Of a stretch of 64,000 bases of DNA, positions 1-11,500 are shown in pieces (position 1 is the first letter of the stretch; every line of letters begins with the position of its first letter). The translations under genes were made by a program, and so were the position numbers. Under the pieces are notes generated by a model that worked only from the letters and a program-made list of their open reading frames with translations, did no database searches and had not been told where the DNA came from. The stretch is from Macrostomum hystrix (lineage: Eukaryota; Animalia; Platyhelminthes), in assembly GCA_950097015.1 (NCBI GenBank), contig CATNEN010000026.1:1674001-1738000 (forward strand), read 5' to 3'.

Positions 1-112
1 GCATACGGTATCTGTGTGCGTGTGTGCTCAGGAGTCAGCGAAATGAGCAGTATCGCCCTCTCGCTGGCTGCCGGTCCACTGTGACCAAGTGATATCATTA
101 TTATTTTTATTA
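1..112 (+). mobile_element. tRNA-derived SINE family A, 3' fragment with (ATT)n tail
   Basis: ggtatctgtgtgcgtgtgtgctcaggagtcagcg...gtgaccaa...attattatt matches the family A copies at 16345 and 53322. Confidence 0.75.
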
Positions 113-220
113 GTATATTTCGGTATTGTTCTCTCTATCGAAACCTAAATCAATGAGGTATTTTTCTACGAGTGTATACTGTGCTTTAACTTATGTCAAA
201 TCAAAACATCATTTTCGCAG

Positions 221-3200
221 GACCGGCTTGAAGTGTGGGATCCGAATGGCTCGAATGGAATGGTTAAACTGCTGAGTTACTGCCACACGTCACAGGCTCC
301 TAGTAGTGCTGTCAGATCCAACAGCAATGAACTGATGGTCCGCCTGGTGTCAGCTAGCAGTCATCCGGGTACTGGATTCAAAGCTCAATACAGAACCCAG
401 TGCTGGAGGAACCTGCGCCGGTCAACCGATTCGGTGCTCCACGACGGCAGGGACCAAGTTGGCAGAACCTGCACCTACGCAGTAAACACAGGATCAGATG
501 ACACTGTCACGCTCACGTTTCAAAGATTGAATCTGATAGACGGCTCCTTGATAGTATTACCCAGACGGCACTACAGGATTTACAGTAGCATTTCCTACAA
601 AACTAGCGATGGTTTTGTGCGGCGAGCCGCCTACGTGTACATCGACTCAAGGAATCAGGCCAGGTTTCGAAATGCGCTGCTCTTCAGCTCCGGCGGAATC
701 AGTGTTGTGTATAGGGGACCGGCGTCTCAGCGTCGCGTGAGGTCGGGCCAGTTTCGCTTCAGATACAGCATTGAGCGTGAGCACTTTTTCAATATCTAGG
801 GCGACCTGACTACATTGTCTTCGATGTGTCCTACATTTTTTTAATTAAATAAATAAATCAATCAAAAAACTATTTTCAGGATGCAACGAAAATATTACAT
901 TGACGGAAGGAGCCGTGCATCATATCAAGAACCCCTTTAAGACTACGAGGTACTCCTTTTTCTGTCGCAGCCACATTACAATACCGCAAAATGATCGCCT
1001 GTTTGTTAGGTAAGCTTTCATATTATAAGGATCGGAATGTTAAAATTATGGTCAAGAGAATCAATAAAAGTTTGACTCCCAATGTGGACAGTCAAAGAAT
1101 TTTTTTTTTGCCCTTTCTAAGATTCTTTCGCCTAAAATTTCAGTCTTCGTGTCCTACTGCCACCCAACTATCAGAAAGCGTGCAGTCAGTTCAATGGCAA
1201 GCGCATTGTCACTGTGCCAGAGGCGCAGAACAGCAGCCTGAGCTACTATGAGCTAGTCAACTCAAACTCCATTGAGCACAATGTTTGCATAGACAGCTCA
1301 TGGAACTCGCACTGGTGGTACACAGATGAGCGGCAGTACTCCGTGTACCAGATTAGTACAAGCATGGACTCTGTATACTCGTCCATCACGGTCGATTTAA
1401 CACTTTTCATAATGCCTGGTATGTATTCGTATCGTCTTTCACGGAACATTTTTTGTTTAAACTGTGTACTTGTAAAGTATTTTACAGCGCAATCACAATA
1501 CGCTTTAGTATATTCTTACGCATACGGCTATTATAAAAAATTAAAACACAGGACCAAACAGAGGCTGCGGTGCCAATGTACAAGCGTCAGAGTCATGGCA
1601 AGCTGTCAACTGGAACCCGCAGGCCCTCAGTGCCATCAACAGGCACGTGCTGTGCATCTACCGTATTAGTGCAGGTCCGAATCAACTCGTAGAGCTGCGA
1701 ACCAATGAGAGCCTCAACTGGTGGGTGAGTATAAAGACCATCTTTAGGTACCTATTTCGGGTCTGTCCGTTCGAAAATTAGATGATTAGCATCACGAAAG
1801 GGCCTAAAAACTGGCTTTATAAGTGCAGTGTTCCAACAGTAGTAAGACCACGCTGTTTATCCCAGGGAAAGATCACGGCCCACTGCCTACTTCACGATAG
1901 CTCTCGAAACCGAATGACTGATTTTCGTGAAAGTCCACCATTTGGATCAACATTTTCCGCCATTTACGATGAACTCACTTTCAAAGCCGTCCGAGTCAGC
2001 ATCGTCGAGATATTCAGCGATTCTTGTCAAAGACCCTGGTGACAAGGACAAGTTACTCTGTATTAACTTCTTTGACGTCATCATGCGCTCTTGCGCGACT
2101 TCTTATTCCTGTAAAAAAACATTCCACTGCAGTGCTGGTACGCTAGTGTATTAGGGGTAAACTCTTGTGAATCTAAAAGAAGTCACCCAGGTTGCAGGTT
2201 GTTTGATCAATCTTTTGCCCTCAATTTATAGGTCTACATTCGCGGAAGTAATTCGACTCCGTTTTCAAAATCTGCATCGCGAGAGACCAACGGAAGATAC
2301 GGACGCACGGTTGAGGTTTTACTGAGATACTACTATGGCCAAGCGGTCTCCCCGCTAGAATTTCGAGCGGTCGCCGATACATGTAGGCACAAATCTCTAA
2401 TGCAAACTTTGCTTGATAACTTGAATTGGAAAGTCAAAGCTAAACGCATCTCAAACGCATTGCTTACCGGCAGATCAGCTTGTGTCAGTGAATGCCACGG
2501 ACACAGTGCGGCGCTACACAGTCGGCAGCATCGCGCCAGACTTCCGCTTGCGTTTGCGCATCTCTGGTCCGGCACAGAAACGTCTGCTGGTAGCCTTCGA
2601 GAACATCAGCTTGACAAACTGTGCGTCGCAGTACTTCACCGCACACGATTCAATGACAAACGACTCGGCGATTAATGCCCAGCTGAACAATGAGGACTTT
2701 TTCTTTTGCAATGACGCCGATTTCTCGCACAATCAGTTTGAATCGATTGGCAGCTCGCTGGAGGTCTATTTTCACAATTCCAACACGACTGCCACTGCAG
2801 GCCGCTTCACCATTGCTTATTCGGTTGAGAGTGAGAGCTTGGAAGCAATTAATTTACACATTATTTTGTTTGCTTCTTGTGACCTTTAATAATCTATTTT
2901 TCACGCACAGCCTAAATCCTGACAATCAAACAAATGCCAGGTTGTCAGCGTTCAGTGTCCTCTCAGTCCGGCCTTATCCTGTCCCCCAGTGGAGCGATGC
3001 TGATGCAGCATGAAAACAATCACGACTGCGAAGTGACAATTAGGACGCCCGGCTATAGATACCTGCATCTGCACTTCTTCATGTTTAGCGTTGAGTCACA
3101 CTACGCTTGTGGCTATGATAGCGTCCAGGTATCGACCCTTCGGAAAACAATTTATTGAATCATAACATTTTTTCTATATTTTACCTTTTCTAATTAGTCT

Positions 3201-4358
3201 ATAGATTTCTCGTCCAAGTCTAGTAGTTAGATGGATGGGATGTCAGATAGACGACACTATTCTAAAATCTATATTTTTTTCGACAAAAATCTTTAAAGTT
3301 CTTCAATGCGACGACAAATGGCAGCCGGGGCGCATCGGTGTCGTCGAAGCTGTGCGGCGAGACATTGCCGAGGCCGCTAGCGCTGCCAATGCCGCAGCCA
3401 GGCATCCTGATGCGCTTCCTCACCGACTACTCTGTCGTTCGTCTCGGCTATCGCCTAACGTACTTCGCCTCGAACAGTTCAGGTGAAATTTTTGCTGATC
3501 GTTGCCGACTAGATTAATTATACATAGCTAAGTATTCGATGATTCATGATCCTCTTATAGCGTGCGGCGGAAGAATCTCAGGCCAACTTCGCGGAGGTCT
3601 TCAGTCGCCAGCCACAGTAACTAGTGGAACCAGATGCTCTTGGGATGTGTCTCTACCAGCCACAACTAGGTTCTGGATGCACCCTGTGCTGCATGTGACC
3701 ACTAGTAACATTGTGTGCCAAGCCGAGGCGCCTGTGCTACAGATCGAGATCGCCGATAGAAACAGGACGATCTGTTCGGTGAGTCATCAGTGCATGAGTA
3801 CATGAACCTGATACCTGATCATCTAGACTTTGATGATCGATTCTGAAGGACCACGGGGATATTTTAAATAGCCCATTGCCTACTTCACAAAAGCTCCCAA
3901 ACCGAATGACTGAATTTCGTGGAAGTCCACCATAAGGATAGAAATTTCCGCCATTTACGATGCACTAACTTTTCAAAGATGGTCAGCGATTCTTGTCGAA
4001 TTGGAGACAAGAACAATTTACATTGCTCTGTATAAACTTCTATGGCGAATCCATAGCTCGTATTGGTTGAAAAGGAAAATTATTAACGATATAATCATTA
4101 CAATATAACCAACACTAATAGCCGACATGGTTACATCACGAAATCTTGTGAGCAAAAAATATGCCTATCAATTGATTATAAATCCGTATAGCTCTAACCA
4201 CTGTTCTACAATCCTGCCTCCCCTTCTTCGTTATAAACCCAACTCAGGTGAACACTGAGCTAGCCAGCTACACTCTTGGAAGCGTCACTGGTTTCCGAGT
4301 GTTTTTCAGCTCAGCTGGCAACAATGAGTACTTTCTCTTAACCTGGCGATTTAACTAA
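221..4358 (+). CDS. Multi-CUB-domain extracellular protein (cubilin/tolloid-like CUB repeats), 3' portion; 5' exons lie upstream of the window
   Basis: Phase-consistent GT-AG exons: 221-776, 880-949, 1144-1418, 1552-1724, 2232-2382, 2474-2830, 2941-3128, 3299-3482, 3561-3778, 4248-4358 (TAA). CUB-type segments include DRLEVWD...SNSNELMVRLVS...GFKAQY, CQRSVSSQSGLILSP...CEVTI...LHFFMFSVE..CGYDSV, KLCGETLP...MRFLTDYSV...GY and CGGRISGQLRGGLQSP...CSWDV. Confidence 0.85.
1870..2110. repeat. Dispersed intronic repeat, copy 1 (second copy at 3870-4050)
   Basis: gcccactgcctacttcac...ccgaatgactga...aagtccacc...ttccgccatttacgatg...cagcgattcttgtc is shared with 3870-4050. Confidence 0.7.
3870..4050. 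repeat. Dispersed intronic repeat, copy 2
   Basis: Colinear similarity to 1870-2110 in the same orientation. Confidence 0.7.
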
Positions 4359-4944
4359 TTGAACTCTTTGTTAATAACTAAGACTAATTGCAAGCAATGA
4401 GAAACGGGACCAATCTTTATTATCATTTCGTCAACTCCAAATTGTTTAGCAATTAGCTCTCATCTCTGATGCATTACATGTATCTCATTCTGAATGATTT
4501 TCTCAAAGAAGTCATTTCCTTTTTTCTTCGCCTTATAATAAATGCTGCTTTTGAAATTCCGCAAATATTCTTACGAAACCATTATTGTTATTCATAATGT
4601 ACACTTATTAATGATCTTGATTACTATCTTCTACAAATCGCATGATATTCATATATATATACTAGCGTATATATCGCCAGTGATTTTTTGCCACGTTTAT
4701 TACCATATTTCCGGCGGAAAAAACCAAATATAAAGCCTTCACAATAATTGATTTGATATTGTTCTAAATTTACGTGATTTGTTAGCATGCCCCTTTACAT
4801 AGTATAATTCTAAATGCTTGAGTGCATCCAGCATTTCGAAGACTCGTGCGCGCATAAAATAAAATCTACTAAATGCGCCACATGAAGCTTGGCGAATTCT
4901 GATTATTCTGATGATTTTGTCATTTGGCTTAATGGTGATAATAA

Positions 4945-5290
4945 TAATAATAATAATTGGAGGAGGGCTGGGGCAATGTCTGCATATTCATTTGGTGACA
5001 CTTGACCCACAGCCAGTGAGGATCAGGCAATTCTGCCCATCTCGCGGACTCCTAAGCACACACACGCACACAGATACCGTACGCAGGCGCACACTCACAC
5101 AGGTGTGTACATCTGCCCTGGCTTTCTCATGTGCCATGCAGGTTGGCCCTCTAGGACGTAAATTGCAGTCGACAAGTCCCTAAGCCTTTTCTCCGGGGCT
5201 GCGCCTTAAACAATGCGCTCTCGTCGGGGAATCGAGCTCAGGGACCTTCAGAGGAAGCTCAGAGGCAAACGTGTTAACCGCTCTGCCACT
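4945..5290 (-). mobile_element. tRNA-derived SINE family A, near full length
   Basis: Minus strand reads agtggcagagcggttaac (A-box), gagctcgattcc (B-box-like), the family body and an (ATT)n tail at 4945-4960. Confidence 0.85.
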
Positions 5291-5630
5291 CACCCCCGTC
5301 ATTATATATTATTTTTTTCTCGTCCTTAACTGTTCTGTTATGACTTTTTTGAAAAACGAAAAAAAAAATTAATTGAGGTCGTATTTCTAGATTCAAACAG
5401 TTTCCGGGATTTTTCCAGTGCATGATTCACTTTTGAGTTTAAAAGGCGATTACTTCGCTGCCAAAAGACTCGAAATAGTTCGCAACAGTTAACGATCCTG
5501 CAGAATCCTGCAGCAAGGGCAACTACATCGTCTAGAGGCTTCGGACATCGTTGCTCCACTCGGATGACGACCATTGAGCCTGAAAATACTTACCTAGCGT
5601 GTACGTTAATAAAAATCAATTGAGTCTACT

Positions 5631-7202
5631 ATTGCTTTTGTCGCACTATGTGGAACAGTGGACATGCAAAACGGAACGGCCCATGGAATTCTATGGCCAA
5701 GCGTTTGAATTCACACGAGAAAGTAAGCCATAGACAACTCAAATTGTCATGCTATGTGGAACGATGAGCCAGAATAGAAGGAACCAGATTAGATTTTCAC
5801 AGAGACAACACACTTTCATTTTCTTTCGTTTGATCAGTTAAGCAATAATGGCGCCCCAAATTGCTGTACGTGATCGACAGCGCATAGTCGCCGCCTTGCA
5901 CCGTGGACTGTCGATGAAGGATGTGTCAGTATTTTTTGGAGTATCCAAAACTTCTGTTCACCATATTCGGTCAACGTTCGAACAAGCTGGCAGGTTGGAA
6001 GCTTTGCCTCGTGGAGGACGCAAGGAAGCAAACTGCAAAATGGACGCAGAGATGCGAGATTTTTTACAACATGAGGTGCACTGAAATCCCTTTCTAACGC
6101 TAAAGTCAATGGCTGAGAAGCTGATCGGATGCTTTCCTGACAAGCCGCAGGTGAGCCTTAAAACAATTGATCGAATAATGGATGGTTTGCTCATTACGGT
6201 CAAACTTGCTACCAAGGGGACGGATACGCTCGTATTCGCCTAAACACCAACCGAGTCGAAAGCCTGGACGCCAGAAGCGAATACGCTAACTTCATGCTCC
6301 ACTTAGCTCCAGGAGTTCACACTGTCTAACTTAGATGAGACCGGTTTTAACTTGTGGACCCGGAGGTCGCAGGGCAGGTCGGCTCGTGGACACCCAGTGA
6401 AGCGCACGGTGACAACCCAGAGGGGTCCTAACGTTACGGTTTGCATGGCAATTTCGTCGGGTTGGTGCATTCTGTCATCCAGAGAGGTGGCCGAACGCAG
6501 CAAAGGTTTCAATAATTTTTAGACCACCTAGCAGACCGCTGCCATTAACTGGACCCTACCGGAAACTGGATAATTTTTATGGACGGCCCAAATTTTCATC
6601 GTAATGTGGAGATCCGAGAGAACCATCGGAACAGAATTACGACACGAATCCTACCCCCGTATTCACAATTTCTAAACCCGACCGAATTTGCTAACTCTGC
6701 GCTGAAGTCAAATCTCAAGAACCGTTTGGCGGAAGCCGGCATGGTTGAGGATGAGCAAGTTCCACCAGAAGGAGTGACACTTAAGCAGTGGAGATTCATG
6801 CTACTTGAACGAGAGGTGACTGAAGCTGTTGGTCAAGCAATCACTGCTGACAAGTGCGCTGGTTGGGAGCTGTGCTGCAATCGATTGTTTGGATTGTGTT
6901 TGCAGCGACATCTATTTTAGGGGTTGAATTTTTTTAACTTTGATGCTTCAATTTCAGACTTAAAATAAGATTCATTTGAATGCAACTCAGAAAAATGTTC
7001 TGTTTCTGCTTGTTTTTATTCTTTCTGCAAATAAAATCTAATCTGGTTCCTTCTATTCTGGCTCATCGTTCCACATAGCATGACAATTTGAGTTGTCTAT
7101 GGCTTACTTTCTCGTGTGAATTCAAACGCTTGGCCACAGAATTCCATGGGCCGTTCCGTTTTGCATGTGACCCACTGTTCCACATAGTGGGACAAAAGCA
7201 AT
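5631..7202 (+). mobile_element. IS630/Tc1/mariner-superfamily DNA transposon with ~170 bp terminal inverted repeats (IR/DR type)
   Basis: 5631-5797 is the near-perfect reverse complement of 7033-7202. Each TIR holds two copies of ctatgtggaac (left TIR: 5646 and 5752). It encloses transposase remnants. No clear TA target duplication. Confidence 0.9.
5848..6920 (+). pseudogene. Disrupted DDE transposase (HTH + DDE_3-like)
   Basis: N-terminal HTH (RQRIVAALHRGLSMKDVSVFFGVSKTSVHHI), LDETGFNLW at ~6331, MDGPNFH...LPPYSQFLNPTE. In-frame stops (TGA 6082, TAA ~6511 and ~6546) and several frameshifts. Confidence 0.88.
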
Positions 7203-8552
7203 GCTGATGGAGATTATCGATTTATTTCCTTTGAGTTATAAATCGTCTGCATCTGGATCTGGATCTGGATCTGGATGGCTTAAAAGCTAAATTTTCTCTC
7301 GAGTTCCTCATAGCTGTCACTGTTGCAACTTGCGATAAGAAAGTCAAATTACCAAGCGTAACGAACTTACGATCGCCACGATATTTAAAAAAAATTGGCA
7401 CCATTATAAACAAATGAACAAACAAACCCGACCGAAGTAAAAGATTGAAATCGCGGGTCCTTAGAGGGTATCTCTCTGTTCCAAACAAAATTAAGAGTCT
7501 GAAACAGCATCTGTAATTAAGCTACTGTCTATTTTTAAGATAAGCCCTTATCTAAGTGCTTATTAATGCTAGCCTATCTTGATCTTGATTATTAAATGTT
7601 TATTTTCTTATTTACTATTTTACTGTTCTTATTACTATTACTATTTTTATGTGACCCCTTGACCAAAACTAGATATATTATATGCTTAGTTGCTATTGAT
7701 TGGGCCCTGTATAAATTAACATTTTTACAACTAATATAGAAATTCTAATCTCTAGCTCATGGGCACAGCTACAATATATAAAGCTACGATTGTTGAAATA
7801 GGCCCTTAATATTTTCATATTAGGCCATATACTATACATTGTTATTGCTTTAAAGTCATATTTTTATATCCTAATATATAATTAGTAGGCCTAGCTACTG
7901 GCTATAGTATGGCTAGCTATAATAGCTAGAAACATCTAGCTAGCTTATGTATATGTATAAGTTACATTCTTGTTTTGTAGGAGTATGTTTGATATTAATG
8001 TATGTACCAAATTTTTTATACATAAGCTCTTCGAATTGGAAAATTGTTCTCAGTTGTGGTTGTTTTAATTTATATTTGGTTTAGGTTGACAACTAAGGTG
8101 CAAAAGATAAATAGAGAAATATGAAATTTTCTCAAAAGTTTCAGTTATAGAATTCTGCATTGATAAGATAAATATATGTCTTTTTAGTCTTTTTTGGTGT
8201 TTAGCAAGTTATTTTTTGTTTTGAGAAGCAACTTTTTATATTCACTTTTAAAATCTAACTAATTTCAGTTATTGCTAATCTAAAAATGAGCATTAAAAAT
8301 AAGTTTGGTTCTAACTTGGATAACATTATTAAATTGGTTTTATACTTTATAGTCCTTTAAAGTATTGTTACAACGAAATCTGTCTACACACCAATAAAGA
8401 AAACTTTGTTCAATTTCTCTATTTGGCTTTTGGTTGTGCTTCAATGATAATTCATTGTCGCAATGATATTATTCTTATTTCTGAACAAAAATTGAATGTG
8501 AAGAAATCACATTTCAGTGCAGGCAAGTGGCTTGTCAAGTTCTATTGTGACC

Positions 8553-11500
8553 ATGGCTTCACCTGAGGCAGCCCACAACCAATTGAATGGCAGTTCAGAC
8601 AGCTTCAGCTCAGACAATGAAAATGATAGCGATATATTATTAGGTGACTATCAGCTGCCAGAGCACTTTGCAAGGCTGAGCAAACTCAGACATGAAGGTG
8701 TATTCTGCGATTTGCAGGTTTGTTTGTAATTCTGTTTTGTTAAAGTGTTTTCAACTTTTGTTATGTGGCCACAGAGAGAATTCTTAGCGGGTCTTGTTAC
8801 ACAGTCCTTGCTAATATACATATTTTTGTATTTTTAATTTTGATGTATCTGGTCGCTTAAACTAGCAATTTTAAAATTGAGTTTAGTTAGTTAACTAAAA
8901 TTTTCCATTGTCACTTTCTAATAATGGCCTTGCGCCTAGCTGCATAGGGTGAAATTCCAGAACGAAGTGCCCCTGTCTTTGGAACACAAAAGAGCGCTAC
9001 CTACTTAGATAAGAAACAGTTGGCCCCTTGGTCTTGAGAAGGTCGACGTCTGGGCTATCCTATTTGCTATTTTACACTAGCTAGGTGTTTAAATTGGAGC
9101 AGATTAAAGTTTTCTACGCTCAAATAGTTAAAATACCACCCTGGGCTACTTGTAACCTCTTGTCAGGCGTGTTTTTAATTACATGTGTTCTCTTTTCGCC
9201 AAATTTTGTGCATTTTATAACTGGTTTTATAAAGATTAAAGGTCGTCTATTTTTGACCCCAGTCACTACTGGGGTTCATGCCTTATGTGCACAGGATTGC
9301 CTAGATTTTAGCTTCCATGAGTGATTCCTTTAGTGAGCATTTTAATTTAGAAGTTCAAACACGTTGTAGACAGTAACATAGTTGCGCTGAGGCAGCGTGG
9401 CCAAAGTAACAACAGAGTGGTAATAATTTAGAAGGTTAAAAAACGCAATTAGTTATACGCGCACTAATATATATTTAGACAGTCAAAGGTACAACTAACA
9501 CCCACCATGGCCTAGACCGGTTTGGGGCAGACAGGAAAACCCCCAGCCAATCAGAACGCGGCACACACGCGCTTGCACTCAAGGCGGCATGCAAGCCGCA
9601 TACACAACGTAACACTTCTTGGAAATATCATAGGGTAGAACTAGAAAGTTTTTCCCCTTTCAGGGTGTACTGATGATAATTTTAAATTCCTAATTGTTTC
9701 TTAGGTTTGCTGATTGTCAACGTAAAGTTAGCAGATGTATTTAGAAAGTTTCTCTCTTTGTTGGCAAACTAAGCTTTAAACTACCTACCTTCTGCCAGTT
9801 AGAATATCGTCAAATATCGTCAAAATTCGCTACAGATTCACCCTTTAGCTAGCGTATATATATTTTACAAAGGTTTCATTTTGGGAAACAATTACGATCC
9901 GCTATTACAATCGGCAGGTGAGCGTATCTGGGCGAGACTTTATGACTCACCGATGCATCCTGGGCGCCGCCTCGCCGCATTTCCTTCGCTTGCTGTTGGG
10001 CGAGCCAAACTGCTGCCATTTCTCCATGCCGCGCGGCTGCTCGCCTGACGCCTTCGCCCTGGTGCTGGAATTCTGCTACACTGGCCGGCTCCGGGTGCCA
10101 GATCGTCTGCTGCCCCAGGTGTGCTCTCTGGCCAGCCTCATGGGCGTTCGGCCAGTTATGGAGGCCTGCGCTAGCCGCCTGCTGCGGGCCTGCCTGCTGC
10201 CCCGCACCGCTCTTGGTGAGCTTCATTCATCAGGTTCCTAGACTGTGCCATCAGCCTCTGTCACTCACACACATCCGGTTCCAAGACTGTGCCATCAGCC
10301 TCTGTCACTCACACACATCAGGTTCCTAGACTGTGCCATCAGCCTCTGGCACTCACACACATCAGGTTCCAAGACTGTGCTATCAGCCTCTGTCACCCAC
10401 ACACATCAGGTTCCAAGACTGTGCCATCAGCCTCTGTCACACACCCAGCTTCCTCATTTGTACCATCGCCCCCCCCACAACCCATGTTCATAGAGCTGCG
10501 CGCTCAGCTAAGCGATTGTCCGCCCCTGCTGGAGAGCATCGACTCCTTCATCACTGCCAATCTGGCTGAAGTGCTAAGCCACGATGTCGCTTGCCTGCCT
10601 AAGGTCATGGTTGACTTGCTTGGTGAGCCAATGATTTGCATTCACAAGCCTCTAGCTCTAGCTGGCATGCTTTTCAGCATTCAAGTTTCTAAATTTGACC
10701 TTTGAAATGATCATTCAGTTAGCGGCTTGCTGCCCAAACGGTCTCAATCAGCTTTGCGATCTACTAGCCGACTGGCTAGCCCGGAGTGTCCACGATTCGT
10801 CGACTTCATCGTCCCCGTCTCCCGGCTGCTCTCTGGACGTCGCCAGCAGCGTCGGCGACACGGGCGACTCCGGCGGTGTCGGCAGCAGAAGCGGCAGCGG
10901 CAATAGCGTCTCAAATTCTACTGTGGTTGATTTGGACTGCCTGGAACGCATGGCTTCGCAGGTTTGTTTCATTGTGTCTTTGTTGCGTAGCTCTCTGTAG
11001 TCTTTGTTTTCGTTACCCGCGGCAGTTTTCAGTATGTTTGGATGTTTGAATCATTTGTAAAGTCTGAAATCACTTAAGTAGCTTAAATAAAAATATTGCA
11101 GCCTAGTGGTTAGAGCGTTGGTCTCCAGACTTTTAGGTCGGTGGTTCGATTCCCGACTCCGCTTCGAATAATTTTATCCTTTAGCAAGATACTTAACTCT
11201 GCATTGCTTCAGTTCACGCAGCTGTTAATTGGGTACCAGCAATCTGCTCGGGTAAGGGTGGGTGTGGCGTCCCCCCAGTCCATGGACTGAACAGCGGTAC
11301 GCAGCCTTATTTAGTTACCTTTATGCTACATAGTAAATAGTGCTTCTTGCTAAGAAATTTTGTGCTCATATTTCTTCTGAGTTCCCGTCTAACTTTATTT
11401 TTAGATGAATTTATTAGTGGAGAAATCCAACAAGAATTTTAATGGCTGGCGGACAGAACAGTCGAGGCGAGTGGGAGTCCAGCCGATTTTCTCAACTAAT

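Noticed and set aside
7250-7280. (TCTGGA)n microsatellite and other short repeats (19905-19935, 21650-21685, 22890-22960)
   Set aside because: Ordinary short simple repeats with no further structure.
11098-11165. Possible tRNA gene
   Set aside because: A and B boxes are present but the acceptor and anticodon stems do not pair, and the sequence continues into a SINE body seen in multiple copies.
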